DNA of 22,064 nt from an uncultured archaeon (GCA_964577555.1 CAZNZM010000003.1:125015-147078), one strand, 5' to 3'; positions 1 to 8,093 are shown, numbered from the stretch's first letter. The notes: generated by a model from the sequence alone, not told the origin. Translations and numbers: made by a program.

Positions 1-297
1 GGCGTATTTTTCATTTTTTTGTTGTATTTCTGCTTTTTTGCAAGCCAATTTTTTTTCAGTCATTTTTTTTGATTTTTTTTATTTTGTTTTTAATTTAAAA
101 TTTTCAATTATTTTTTTGTCTTTTGTCAGGCGTGTTTTTTTTAATAAATTTATTTTTTTCCAATTCAATTTTATTTTTTTAGCGGTAAAGACTTTTTTTG
201 AATTATTTTTTTGTGAGCCAAATTTTTTTGTTTTTGTGAACTGTTTTTTGTTGTTTTTTTTGGCGAAACATTTTTTTTGTTATTTATTTTTTTTGAA
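1..297. repeat. T-rich (+ strand) low-complexity intergenic tract with CAAGCCAA/GAGCCAA modules; may extend left of the window
   Basis: Dense runs of T7-T9 interrupted mostly by G. CAAGCCAA at 41-48 and GAGCCAA at 215-221. The segment 41-72 (CAAGCCAA-Tn-CAGTCAT-Tn-GA) recurs at 16605 and 16789. Confidence 0.75.
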
Positions 298-1305
298 TTA
301 TTTTTTAGTTATCTTTCCAAGCAACCATGCGGTTTCGCCGTTTTTTTTCAAAAATTCAATTGTTGCGTTTGCATCTGTTTTTTTGACAACAAGCACAAGT
401 CCCACTCCCATATTGAATGTTTTGAACATTTCTTCGTTTGAAACATTTCCTTTTTCTTGTATTAATTTAAAAATTTTTGGAGTATGAATGGAGTTCAAGT
501 CAAAGTCTGGGGTGAGGTTTTTTGGAATTATGCGCGGCACGTTTTCTCCAAGGCCGCCGCCTGTTATGTGTGCTATGCCTTTTACTTCAATTTTTTTCAT
601 TAGCGAAAGCACTGGTTTTGAGTAGCTTTTATGCGGTTCCAACAATGCTTCTCCGATTGTGCGACCCAAATAATCTGAAAAATCGTTTACTCCCAAGCCA
701 GCTTCATTGAAAAGTACTTTTCTTGCAAGGCTGTAACCGTTGGTGTGAAGCCCTGTTGAAGCCAAACCTATTAATACATCTCCTTCTTTTATTTTTGAGC
801 CGTCAATCATTTTTTTTCTTTCAACAATTCCAACCATCATGCCTACCACATCATGTTCATCTTCAAGATAAACTCCTGGCATTTCTGCTGTTTCCCCGCC
901 TATAAGCGAACAATCAAGTTCTTTGCAAGCTTTTGCCATGCCTTTAACTATTTCTGCAATTCTTGAAGGATTGATTTTTTCAGCGGCAATATAATCCATG
1001 AAAAAAAGAGGTTTTGCGCCCATTGCAAGTATGTCGTTGGAGCAATGGTTTACAATGTCTTGGCCTATAGTGTCCCATTTTTTCATTAGTGCTGCAACTT
1101 TAAGTTTTGTTCCTACTCCGTCAACTGTTGAAACAATTACCGGTTCTTTCATTTTGAAGGCGTCTTTCAAGGAAAAGGCCGCGCCGAAAGCTCCTACTCC
1201 TGCAATCACGTTTTTATTGTAAGTTGACTTGACAACTTTGCCAATAAGCTCTTCGGCTTCGTTTCCTGCATTAATGTCAACGCCTGCTTCTTTATAGCTA
1301 ATCAT
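298..1305 (-). CDS. purM: Phosphoribosylformylglycinamidine cyclo-ligase (AIR synthetase)
   Basis: Protein from MISYKEAGVDINAGNEAEELIG has STVDGVGTKLKVA, DIVNHCSNDILAMGAKPLFFMDYIA, GGETAEMPGVY and HITGGGLGENVPRIIP, typical of PurM. The start at 1305 overlaps the purB stop by 1 nt (TAATG); the ORF track gives a longer N-terminus to 1335. Confidence 0.95.
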   Translation of the reverse strand: MISYKEAGVDINAGNEAEELIGKVVKSTYNKNVIAGVGAFGAAFSLKDAFKMKEPVIVSTVDGVGTKLKVAALMKKWDTIGQDIVNHCSNDILAMGAKPLFFMDYIAAEKINPSRIAEIVKGMAKACKELDCSLIGGETAEMPGVYLEDEHDVVGMMVGIVERKKMIDGSKIKEGDVLIGLASTGLHTNGYSLARKVLFNEAGLGVNDFSDYLGRTIGEALLEPHKSYSKPVLSLMKKIEVKGIAHITGGGLGENVPRIIPKNLTPDFDLNSIHTPKIFKLIQEKGNVSNEEMFKTFNMGVGLVLVVKKTDANATIEFLKKNGETAWLLGKITKK

Positions 1306-2681
1306 TATTTCAACCTTTTTTTCCAGTAATCGCAAATTTTTTCCGTCTTTCTTTCGGCTATGCCTGTGTAATTTTTCGGGTTTTTTATTATTTCTATTTC
1401 TTTTTTTGAAAATTTTTTTATAAAGCCATGCAACTCTGGGTCTTTCATTGCAATTTCTAATATTCCGATTCCGCTTTTCTTTGACTCAATAGTCAATTTT
1501 CTTACGCATTCGTGTGCATTTGTGTGTCCGTATTTTGCAAGCAAAATGTAAAGGGGCTCGGCGACTATTTTTTCCCTGCTCATTTCAAAATTTTTTGTCA
1601 TGGAGTCTTTGTCAACAATCATTTTTTTTGAGACATTTGCAAGTCTTTTTGATGTGACAATTAATGCGAGGAAAAATTCTGGTATGAATCTTGCGCTTGC
1701 GCTATTGGTTAAATCACGTTGGTGTTCTGAAATTGCATCAAGGTGGAAAGTGACAATCCTTGGCATGAATGCTTTCCAAAGGCTTTTGGCGTTTTCAAAA
1801 TTAATGGGGTTTCGTTTGTGTGGCATTGTGCTTGAACCTACTTGTTCTTCTTCAAAGCTTTCCGCGATTTCCGATATTTCGGTTCTTTGCAAATGCCTCA
1901 TGTCGTCGGAGAAATTTGCAAGTACTGCAAATGCTTCCGATGTTGAGTGAAGAAGGTCAAGCATTGGTTCTGGTTCAACTATTTGAGTTGAGTGCATTGG
2001 TTGGCAAAGTCCGAGTTCGTCCATAATATCTTTTTCGAGTTTTTCAGGGTTGCTTACTAAAATTGAACTGGCGTTGAAACAACCTACTGCTCCTGAAAAT
2101 TTTCCTTCCAATTTTTTTGCGCACCAATCCATTGAGGAAATGGCTCTGCCAAGCCTGTTTATATAACCAGCCATTGCAAAGCCGAATGTTATTGGTTCGG
2201 CGTGTTGTCCGTGTGTTCTGCCTATTTGCAAAGTGCTCTTTTCTCTTAAGGCGATTTCTATCCACACGTCAAGAAGTTCTTTCAATTCAGGTATGACAAA
2301 TTCGATAACCGCGTCTTTATACCTTGCAGCAGATGCGGTATCAACAATATCGTATGATGTTGCGGAAAAATGGACAAACGGCTTGGCTTCATCCGAAATT
2401 TTTGCTCTGATAACATTGACAAGAGCCCTTACATCGTGCTTGATTTTTTTTTCTTCTGCATAAACTTCTTCCGCAGTGATTTTTTCTGCTGCGTTGGCAA
2501 TTTCCTCATATGCTTTTTTCGTGCAAACCCCTTGTTTGTAAAGCGCTTTGGCTAGCGCGACTTCAACTTTTGCTTGATATTTTATTCTGGCGTTTTCCGA
2601 AAAATATTTTCCAGCCTTGGCAGCCAATGTTTCATCAATATAGCGATAATCTAGAGGGGAGAAAAAATCGAATTTATTCAA
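1305..2681 (-). CDS. purB: Adenylosuccinate lyase
   Basis: 458 aa with SPLDYRYI, GRTHGQHAEPITFG and the signature loop GSSTMPHKRNPINFEN. The start codon appears to be TTG, preceded by GGTGAT. Confidence 0.94.
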   Translation of the reverse strand: MNKFDFFSPLDYRYIDETLAAKAGKYFSENARIKYQAKVEVALAKALYKQGVCTKKAYEEIANAAEKITAEEVYAEEKKIKHDVRALVNVIRAKISDEAKPFVHFSATSYDIVDTASAARYKDAVIEFVIPELKELLDVWIEIALREKSTLQIGRTHGQHAEPITFGFAMAGYINRLGRAISSMDWCAKKLEGKFSGAVGCFNASSILVSNPEKLEKDIMDELGLCQPMHSTQIVEPEPMLDLLHSTSEAFAVLANFSDDMRHLQRTEISEIAESFEEEQVGSSTMPHKRNPINFENAKSLWKAFMPRIVTFHLDAISEHQRDLTNSASARFIPEFFLALIVTSKRLANVSKKMIVDKDSMTKNFEMSREKIVAEPLYILLAKYGHTNAHECVRKLTIESKKSGIGILEIAMKDPELHGFIKKFSKKEIEIIKNPKNYTGIAERKTEKICDYWKKRLK

Positions 2682-2770
2682 TGCATCACCAATAAAAATT
2701 TGATATTTATGGTTTTTTAAAGGCTGATGAAAACATTACCAACTTAATAATTAGTGCATTAAATTTATCA

Positions 2771-3439
2771 ATGCCGAAAAAATCGCCGAAAAGCATAATT
2801 CAATTTTTTTCAAATAGTACTGGAAAATTTTACCAATTGATTCCAACCAAAACTTTGCCTGCCTTGAGAATAAATGCCGTGCCAATGCACAAATTTGCAA
2901 AACTTGACCCGCTTGAAGATGTCAAAAGAAAAATATCGGTTTTAAGGCCGCATGGAAGGATTTTGGATACTTGCATGGGTCTTGGGTATACTGCAATTTA
3001 TTCTGCTAAACTTAATGAAGTCAAGCAAGTCACAACGATAGAAAAAGACCAAGAAGTAATAAAGATTTGCAAGTTCAACCACGCAAGTTCAAATTTGTTC
3101 GTCAACAGCAAAATAAAAATAATTGAAGGTGATGTGTCCGAAATAGTTTCAGGTTTTCATGATAATTTTTTTGATTGCATTATTCATGATCCGCCAACGT
3201 ATGTTGTGGCGCCGGAGCTTTATTCAAAAAATTTTTACTTGGAATTGTTTCGTGTGTTGAAGTTTGGGGGAAGGCTTTGGCATTATGCGGCAATGCCTGG
3301 AAAATCCAGTGGCAAAAGTTCAAGCTTGCCGAATAAAATAATTTCTGGACTTGAATCTGTTGGCTTTGTAGGAATTGAACACGATTTGTATTCAGACGGA
3401 ATAATTTGCTCCAAGCCTTCCGGCATCAAAAATTTTTAG
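2771..3439 (+). CDS. Class I SAM-dependent methyltransferase, resembling predicted archaeal methyltransferases of the COG2521 type
   Basis: SAM-binding motif I ILDTCMGLGYTAIYSAKL, acidic motif II VTTIEKD, and DCIIHDPPTYV (DPPY-like motif IV). Substrate unknown. Confidence 0.75.
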   Translation: MPKKSPKSIIQFFSNSTGKFYQLIPTKTLPALRINAVPMHKFAKLDPLEDVKRKISVLRPHGRILDTCMGLGYTAIYSAKLNEVKQVTTIEKDQEVIKICKFNHASSNLFVNSKIKIIEGDVSEIVSGFHDNFFDCIIHDPPTYVVAPELYSKNFYLELFRVLKFGGRLWHYAAMPGKSSGKSSSLPNKIISGLESVGFVGIEHDLYSDGIICSKPSGIKNF

Positions 3440-3463
3440 CAATATTTGCCTTTTTAGGTGTTA

Positions 3464-4429
3464 TCAATTGCTTTTTTCAAGAAAGGCTTTGTATTTGTTC
3501 ATTACTTCTTCAAGTGGCGGTGCCTTGAATATTTTTTCTCCGGTCCAGGCATCGCATACGCTCTTGTACATTTCTGAAACAATCTGGACAAGTTCTGTTG
3601 GAAGTTTTGGAGGCTCTGGCCAAGCGGCTTTTTCAAGTCCTTTGTTTTTGGCTTCTTCCAATTCTGCGTACCATGGCAATTTTTTGTAGTAATCCCTGCA
3701 AACTTGTTTGCTTACATGGATTCCGTTCCACAAAAACCTGTTTTCGTCCAAAGTGCCGCATACATCCACAAGCATAAGTTCGTTTTTTGGGGTTATGGCA
3801 AATTCTACTTTTCCGTCCGCGTGTTCGAGCCCTATTTGAGCTGCTTTTTCGGTGATAAAGTCGTTGATGTTAAGGACTGCTTCTTTTAATTCGTACATTT
3901 GGTCTTCAGTTATTTGTGAAAGTTCAAGTGCTTCATCCCATGAAAGATACCTGTCGGTTGGTTCTAATTTGGTGCTTACATCGAGAAAGGCTTTTTCGAA
4001 TTTGTGGCCGGGTTGTGGTTCAATAGAAAGTCCGAGGTCATCTAATGTTAATTCGCCTGTTTGCAGTCTTTTGAATACAGAGCTGCCGGGAGGCAAAGTG
4101 TTTCTAAAAATTATTTCCAAAGGAATCAAGTAATTTGTGGTTTCTTCGTAAATTTTTACTTTTTGCGGGTCGAGTACTCTTACCAAGTTTATTTGCATTT
4201 TGTTTCCTGAAATTAGTTTTCTGAAATGTGTTTTTATGTCAAATCTTTTTTCTATTTCTTTGAAATTGTAAGCTGCTTGTCTGCAAAGCGCTTCGCCTTT
4301 GCCTGGGATTTTGTCCGGCATCTTGCCATAATCAAAAACCGAGTAATCATCAGTGAATTCAAAAATTCCTATTCCCATTGAATCTTCAGTAGCTTCTTTT
4401 TCAATTATCAAGTTTTTTACGGAACCCAT
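3464..4429 (-). CDS. purC: Phosphoribosylaminoimidazole-succinocarboxamide synthase (SAICAR synthetase)
   Basis: 321 aa. N-terminal FEFTDDYSVFDYGKMPDKIPGKGEALC and the LIPLEIIFRNTLPPGSSVFKR motif match SAICAR synthetases. The long-form N-terminus resembles archaeal homologues. Confidence 0.9.
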   Translation of the reverse strand: MGSVKNLIIEKEATEDSMGIGIFEFTDDYSVFDYGKMPDKIPGKGEALCRQAAYNFKEIEKRFDIKTHFRKLISGNKMQINLVRVLDPQKVKIYEETTNYLIPLEIIFRNTLPPGSSVFKRLQTGELTLDDLGLSIEPQPGHKFEKAFLDVSTKLEPTDRYLSWDEALELSQITEDQMYELKEAVLNINDFITEKAAQIGLEHADGKVEFAITPKNELMLVDVCGTLDENRFLWNGIHVSKQVCRDYYKKLPWYAELEEAKNKGLEKAAWPEPPKLPTELVQIVSEMYKSVCDAWTGEKIFKAPPLEEVMNKYKAFLEKSN

Positions 4430-4497
4430 CCAACCACCTAAAAAATCTACTTGACTAATCTTTAAAAATGGATTATTTTTGAAAAATATTAAAAAAA

Positions 4498-5310
4498 TTA
4501 TTCAGCAGATCTTGAAATCAAGGTTGATTGCTTGTTGCTTTCAATGACTTTTTGTGCTTCGCTTCTTCTCAATTCCAAGAGGACTTTTGAATAATTTCCG
4601 TTTAGATTGGCTAGTTGAATTGCTGCAATAACTGCGTTTTTGTAGTTGTTCAATCCTACGCAATATGATGATTGAAGAGTGTCAAAGAATTTGATTGCGT
4701 CTTTTTTTGAATTTTTTTTTGCAACTGGGCAAATAATTGTCGAGTTTTGCGTTGCAGTAGGCTTTTTTCCAAGTTTTACGAAATCAACGAAGATTTTTGA
4801 GTGTTCAAGTTTTTTTGTGTTGGGTGATTCGGAAAAAGGTATTTTATTTGTTTCCAGGAATTTTTTTGCTTTTTCGTAGTATTCTTTTTCAATGTTGGCG
4901 GTTTTTTTTACCAACGCAATTTCGGTAAATCCGTGTAAAAAATTTCCGCAAAGGCTTACCGCTTTTTCCACTTTTCCCACGCCAACTGCAATGACTGGGA
5001 CTCCGGGTGGCATTTGGGTGCAACTTAGAAAGGAATCAAGTCCGTTGAAGGCGCCTTCGCATGGAATTCCTATGACTGGCTTGATTTTTTTTGATGCTAT
5101 GACTCCTGGCAAAGCCGCAGCTAACCCTGCTCCTGCAATAAAAATTTCTGCAGCCGAGTCGTTTATTTCGAATTCAAGTTCTTTCGGGGTTTTGTGCGCG
5201 CTTAACACTCTGAAATCAAATGAAATGCCTGACCTTTTCAGCCTTGCGTTGAGGTCGTTATAAGTTTTTTCATCTGTTGAAGAGCCAAAAACAACCATTA
5301 CTTCTGCCAT
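4498..5310 (-). CDS. purE: PurE-family AIR carboxylase / N5-CAIR mutase with an extra C-terminal degenerate PurE-like region
   Basis: MAEVMVVFGSSTDEKTYNDL, FRVLSAHKTPKEL, IFIAGAGLAAALPGVIASK, PVIGIP and GLDSFLSCTQMPPGVPVIAVGVGK are the canonical PurE motifs. The start is chosen at the internal ATG (5310), not the track start at 5409. Confidence 0.92.
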   Translation of the reverse strand: MAEVMVVFGSSTDEKTYNDLNARLKRSGISFDFRVLSAHKTPKELEFEINDSAAEIFIAGAGLAAALPGVIASKKIKPVIGIPCEGAFNGLDSFLSCTQMPPGVPVIAVGVGKVEKAVSLCGNFLHGFTEIALVKKTANIEKEYYEKAKKFLETNKIPFSESPNTKKLEHSKIFVDFVKLGKKPTATQNSTIICPVAKKNSKKDAIKFFDTLQSSYCVGLNNYKNAVIAAIQLANLNGNYSKVLLELRRSEAQKVIESNKQSTLISRSAE

Positions 5311-5415
5311 TTTAAACACCAAAAAAATCATGATTGGAAGATTTAATATTTTTAGTGGTTCGGTTTCAAAATTTTGTTTTTTTGGTGTTTTGTTTGCTTG
5401 TTTTTTCAACGATTC

Positions 5416-5427
5416 TTTTAAAATATC
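5416..5427 (+). promoter_or_regulatory. Candidate archaeal TATA box for purA
   Basis: CTTTTAAAATAT about 30-40 nt upstream of the purA ATG (5457). Motif inspection only. Confidence 0.35.
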
Positions 5428-5456
5428 CGTGTTATTTTATCAGTTGGTGGATTATA

Positions 5457-6728
5457 ATGGTTGGCACTGTTATTATTGGTTCGCAATTTGGTGATGAAGG
5501 AAAGGGCAAGGTCACTGATTTTTATGCCGCCAAAACTGATTGTGTTGTAAGGTATCAAGGCGGTAATAATGCAGGCCATACTGTGGTTGTCAGGGATAAG
5601 ACTATAAAATTTCATTTGTTGCCAAGCGGGGTTGTTCAAGGAAAAAGAATATTGATTGGCGCTGGAGTTGTTTTGGATCCAAGGGTTTTGAGAAATGAGA
5701 TTGAGCATTTGAAGGAACTTAAATTGTTTGTTGATTTGGGCATAGACCCGCGTACTCACATAATAATGCCTTGGCATAATCTTTTTGATGAGGGCAGGGA
5801 GGAAAGCAGGAGTAAGACTAAAATAGGGACTACTAAAAGAGGCATCGGGCCTTGCTATGCTGACAAGGCTGAAAGGATAGGATTAAGATTTGAGGATTTG
5901 GTTGATGAAAAGAGGTTGAAAGAAAAAATTGATGAAGTTTTTCCAATAAAAAAGGCTATTCTTGAAAAGGCTTATAAAATAAAAGTGCCTTTTACAAAGG
6001 AAGATGTTTATGCCGAGTATTCGGTTCTTGGAGCTGAATTCAGAAATTTCTTGTGTGATGTGAGCCTTGAAGTGTGTGAAAAGCTTGAATCTGGAAAAGA
6101 TGTTTTGTTTGAAGGTGCTCAAGGAACTTTTTTGGATAATGATTTTGGGACTTATCCTTTTGTGACTAGTTCTCATCCTATTTCTGGCGGCGTGGCGACT
6201 GGTGTTGGAATGCCTTTTTCAAAAATTAAGAGGATAGTTGGCATTGTCAAAGCATATACTACTAGAGTCGGTTTTGGGCCTTTTCCAACAGAGCTTAAGG
6301 ATGAAATTGGCGATTTTTTGACTCAAAAGGGGAACGAGTTTGGCACTACTACTGGAAGAAAAAGGCGTGTTGGTTGGCTTGATCTTCCGATGCTCAGGAC
6401 TTCTCATCGCTTGAATGGTTTTACTGAATTGGCGATAACAAAGTTAGATGTTTTGAGCGGGCTTGATAAAGTAAAAATTTGTTTGAATTATAAAATAGGC
6501 GGAAAGGAAATAAGGTATTTTCCTTATAGCAACAAGGGTCTTGAAAGCGCCGAGCCTGTTTATAAGGAATTTGACGGTTTTGAGGTTACTGGAAAGGAAA
6601 AGGAGTATGATGATTTGGATTCTAATGCGAAAAAATATTTGGAGTTTATTGAAAAGGAAATAGGCGTGCCAATAAGGCTTGTTTCTGTTGGGCCAGAAAG
6701 AGAAGAAACAATAATAAAAATACTTTGA
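5457..6728 (+). CDS. purA: Adenylosuccinate synthetase
   Basis: MVGTVIIGSQFGDEGKGKVTDFYA, RYQGGNNAGHTVV, GTTKRGIGPCYADK, FEGAQGTFLDNDFGTYPFVTSSHP and GRKRRVGWLD. The start is moved from the track's 5334 to 5457, matching the conserved N-terminus. Confidence 0.97.
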   Translation: MVGTVIIGSQFGDEGKGKVTDFYAAKTDCVVRYQGGNNAGHTVVVRDKTIKFHLLPSGVVQGKRILIGAGVVLDPRVLRNEIEHLKELKLFVDLGIDPRTHIIMPWHNLFDEGREESRSKTKIGTTKRGIGPCYADKAERIGLRFEDLVDEKRLKEKIDEVFPIKKAILEKAYKIKVPFTKEDVYAEYSVLGAEFRNFLCDVSLEVCEKLESGKDVLFEGAQGTFLDNDFGTYPFVTSSHPISGGVATGVGMPFSKIKRIVGIVKAYTTRVGFGPFPTELKDEIGDFLTQKGNEFGTTTGRKRRVGWLDLPMLRTSHRLNGFTELAITKLDVLSGLDKVKICLNYKIGGKEIRYFPYSNKGLESAEPVYKEFDGFEVTGKEKEYDDLDSNAKKYLEFIEKEIGVPIRLVSVGPEREETIIKIL

Positions 6729-7640
6729 AGCGCGTTTGAATTATTTTTGTGTTTTTGTCTTTTGCAAGGCTTTTTTTTAGTTTTGGTTTTTTTTGTCTTT
6801 TTTTTGTTTGTTTTGTGAGCCAATTTTTTGTTTTTTTTTGGGGAGCCAAATTTTTTTGTCATTTTTTTGAATTTGTTTTTTTTTATTTAAATTGTTTTGT
6901 TTTTTTTGCTTGTTTTTTTAGATGTTTTTTTTGAATTGTTTTTTTTTGGTTTTGTTTTGGCAAGCCGTTTTATTTTTTTTGTTTTTTTTGTTTGAATTTT
7001 TGTTTTTTTTGCAAGCCGAATTTTTTTTGTTGTTTTTTTGATCTGTTCTTTTGTTTTTTTTGGTGAGCCAATTTTTTTTGTAATTTTTTTGTGAATTTGT
7101 TTTTTTTTATTTAAATTGTTTTGTCTTTTTTTTGTCTTGTTTTTTTTGTTTGTTTTTGGCGAGCCGTTTTATTTTTTTATTTTTTTTGTTTGAAATTTTG
7201 TTTTTTTTCGGGCTATTTTTTTGTTGAGCCAATGTTGTTTTTTTGGTGTTTTTTTTATTTTTTTTAGTTTTGGTTTTTTTTTGAAGTTTTTTAGTTTATG
7301 TTTTTTTTGGCGAGCCGTTTTATTTTTTTTATTTTTTTTGATCTGTTCTTTTGTTTTTTTTGGTGAGCCAATTTTTTTTGTAATTTTTTTTGTCTTGTTG
7401 TTTTTTAGCCAAGGTCGTTTTTTGTTGTTTGTTTTTGCTAGCCTTTTTTTTTCAATTTTTAATTTTGTCATTTTTTTGGTATTTTTATTTTAAAAATTAA
7501 AATTGTTTTGTTTTGGCGAACAGATTTTTTGTATTTTTTTGAATTTATTTTTTTTTAATTTTGTTTATTTTTTGTTTTTTTTGCAATCCTTTTTTTGTCG
7601 ATTTTTTGTTTTTTTAATATATTTTCGTGTTTTAATTTGT
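6729..7640. repeat. About 0.9 kb T-rich (+ strand) low-complexity repeat region with GAGCCAA and CGAGCCG/CAAGCCG modules
   Basis: Near-continuous T-tracts with G interruptions and C mostly confined to AGCC motifs, e.g. 6817, 6843, 6961, 7012, 7065, 7161, 7226, 7312, 7365, 7407. Contains an exact 58-bp direct repeat (7033-7090 and 7333-7390) and a 32-bp exact repeat (6869-6900 and 7093-7124). Confidence 0.88.
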
Positions 7641-7643
7641 TGT

Positions 7644-8021
7644 TTAATTTGCTGTTGGTTTTTCAAGGTAAGAAAGAAGTTCGCGTTGCATTTTGTCAAA
7701 AGTATTTTGAAATTCGTTAATAAATTTTTTTGAGTTATTTCCGAAAAGCGGTTTGAGGATTTGAATGGCTTTGCCTTTGTTTTCGCCTGTAAAGAAGAGC
7801 AGGTTTATTGCGTCTTTTTGCTCTTTAAGTATTTCCAAAAACGCTTTTTTTTGTGTTGCCGAAACCCATTGTTTTGAAAGAACGTGTTGAAGCGCGTATC
7901 GCATGCTTTCATTGGTAATTTCTTTTATGGATTTTTCAATGTCCAGGTTTTCAACATTTGAAAATATTTTTGATTTTATTTCTTTTGCTTTTTTTTCAAA
8001 GTCTGTGTCTTTTTTTGCCAT
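7644..8021 (-). CDS. Small uncharacterised, probably alpha-helical protein
   Basis: Open frame MAKKDTDFEKKAKEIKSKIFSNVENLDIEKS...LSYLEKPTAN with normal amino-acid diversity, unlike the neighbouring poly-Lys/Phe frames. Start chosen at the internal ATG at 8021. No family recognised. Confidence 0.6.
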   Translation of the reverse strand: MAKKDTDFEKKAKEIKSKIFSNVENLDIEKSIKEITNESMRYALQHVLSKQWVSATQKKAFLEILKEQKDAINLLFFTGENKGKAIQILKPLFGNNSKKFINEFQNTFDKMQRELLSYLEKPTAN

Positions 8022-8059
8022 GCTTTTAATAAAAGCATAGAAAGGGTTAATAATCAATA

Positions 8060-8068
8060 ATTTAAATC
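8060..8068 (+). promoter_or_regulatory. Candidate archaeal TATA box for the glyA-folD transcript
   Basis: ATTTAAATC about 30-35 nt upstream of the glyA start (8094/8100). Confidence 0.35.
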
Positions 8069-8093
8069 TATTTTAGTTTGAATGGTGTAGGGT

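Noticed and set aside
38-487. 149-aa Phe-rich ORF at the left edge
   Set aside because: It spans the T-rich tract and runs antisense into the 3' end of purM. Low-complexity artefact.
1600-2555. Long antisense ORFs on the + strand opposite purB, and similar shadows opposite purC, purE, purH and purL
   Set aside because: They overlap strongly supported coding genes on the other strand and have Ser/Phe/Leu-rich compositions typical of antisense frames.
6729-6800. T-rich tract interpreted purely as the purA transcription terminator
   Set aside because: A short T-run would suffice. The tract extends about 900 bp, and equivalent tracts lie downstream of minus-strand genes where the transcript would be A-rich, so termination alone does not explain it, though the first T-runs may serve that role.
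6729-7640. T-rich repeat region considered as a CRISPR array
   Set aside because: No constant repeat of 24-40 bp alternating with unique spacers, repeat spacings vary (139-300 bp), and no cas genes are nearby.
6560-7733. Multiple track ORFs encoding poly-Phe/Cys or poly-Lys/Asn proteins (e.g. 6560..6862 -, 6749..6934 +, 7169..7471 -, 7221..7493 +)
   Set aside because: They are translations of the low-complexity T-rich tract. T-runs rarely create stops in these frames, there is no domain-like composition, and both strands are open at once.
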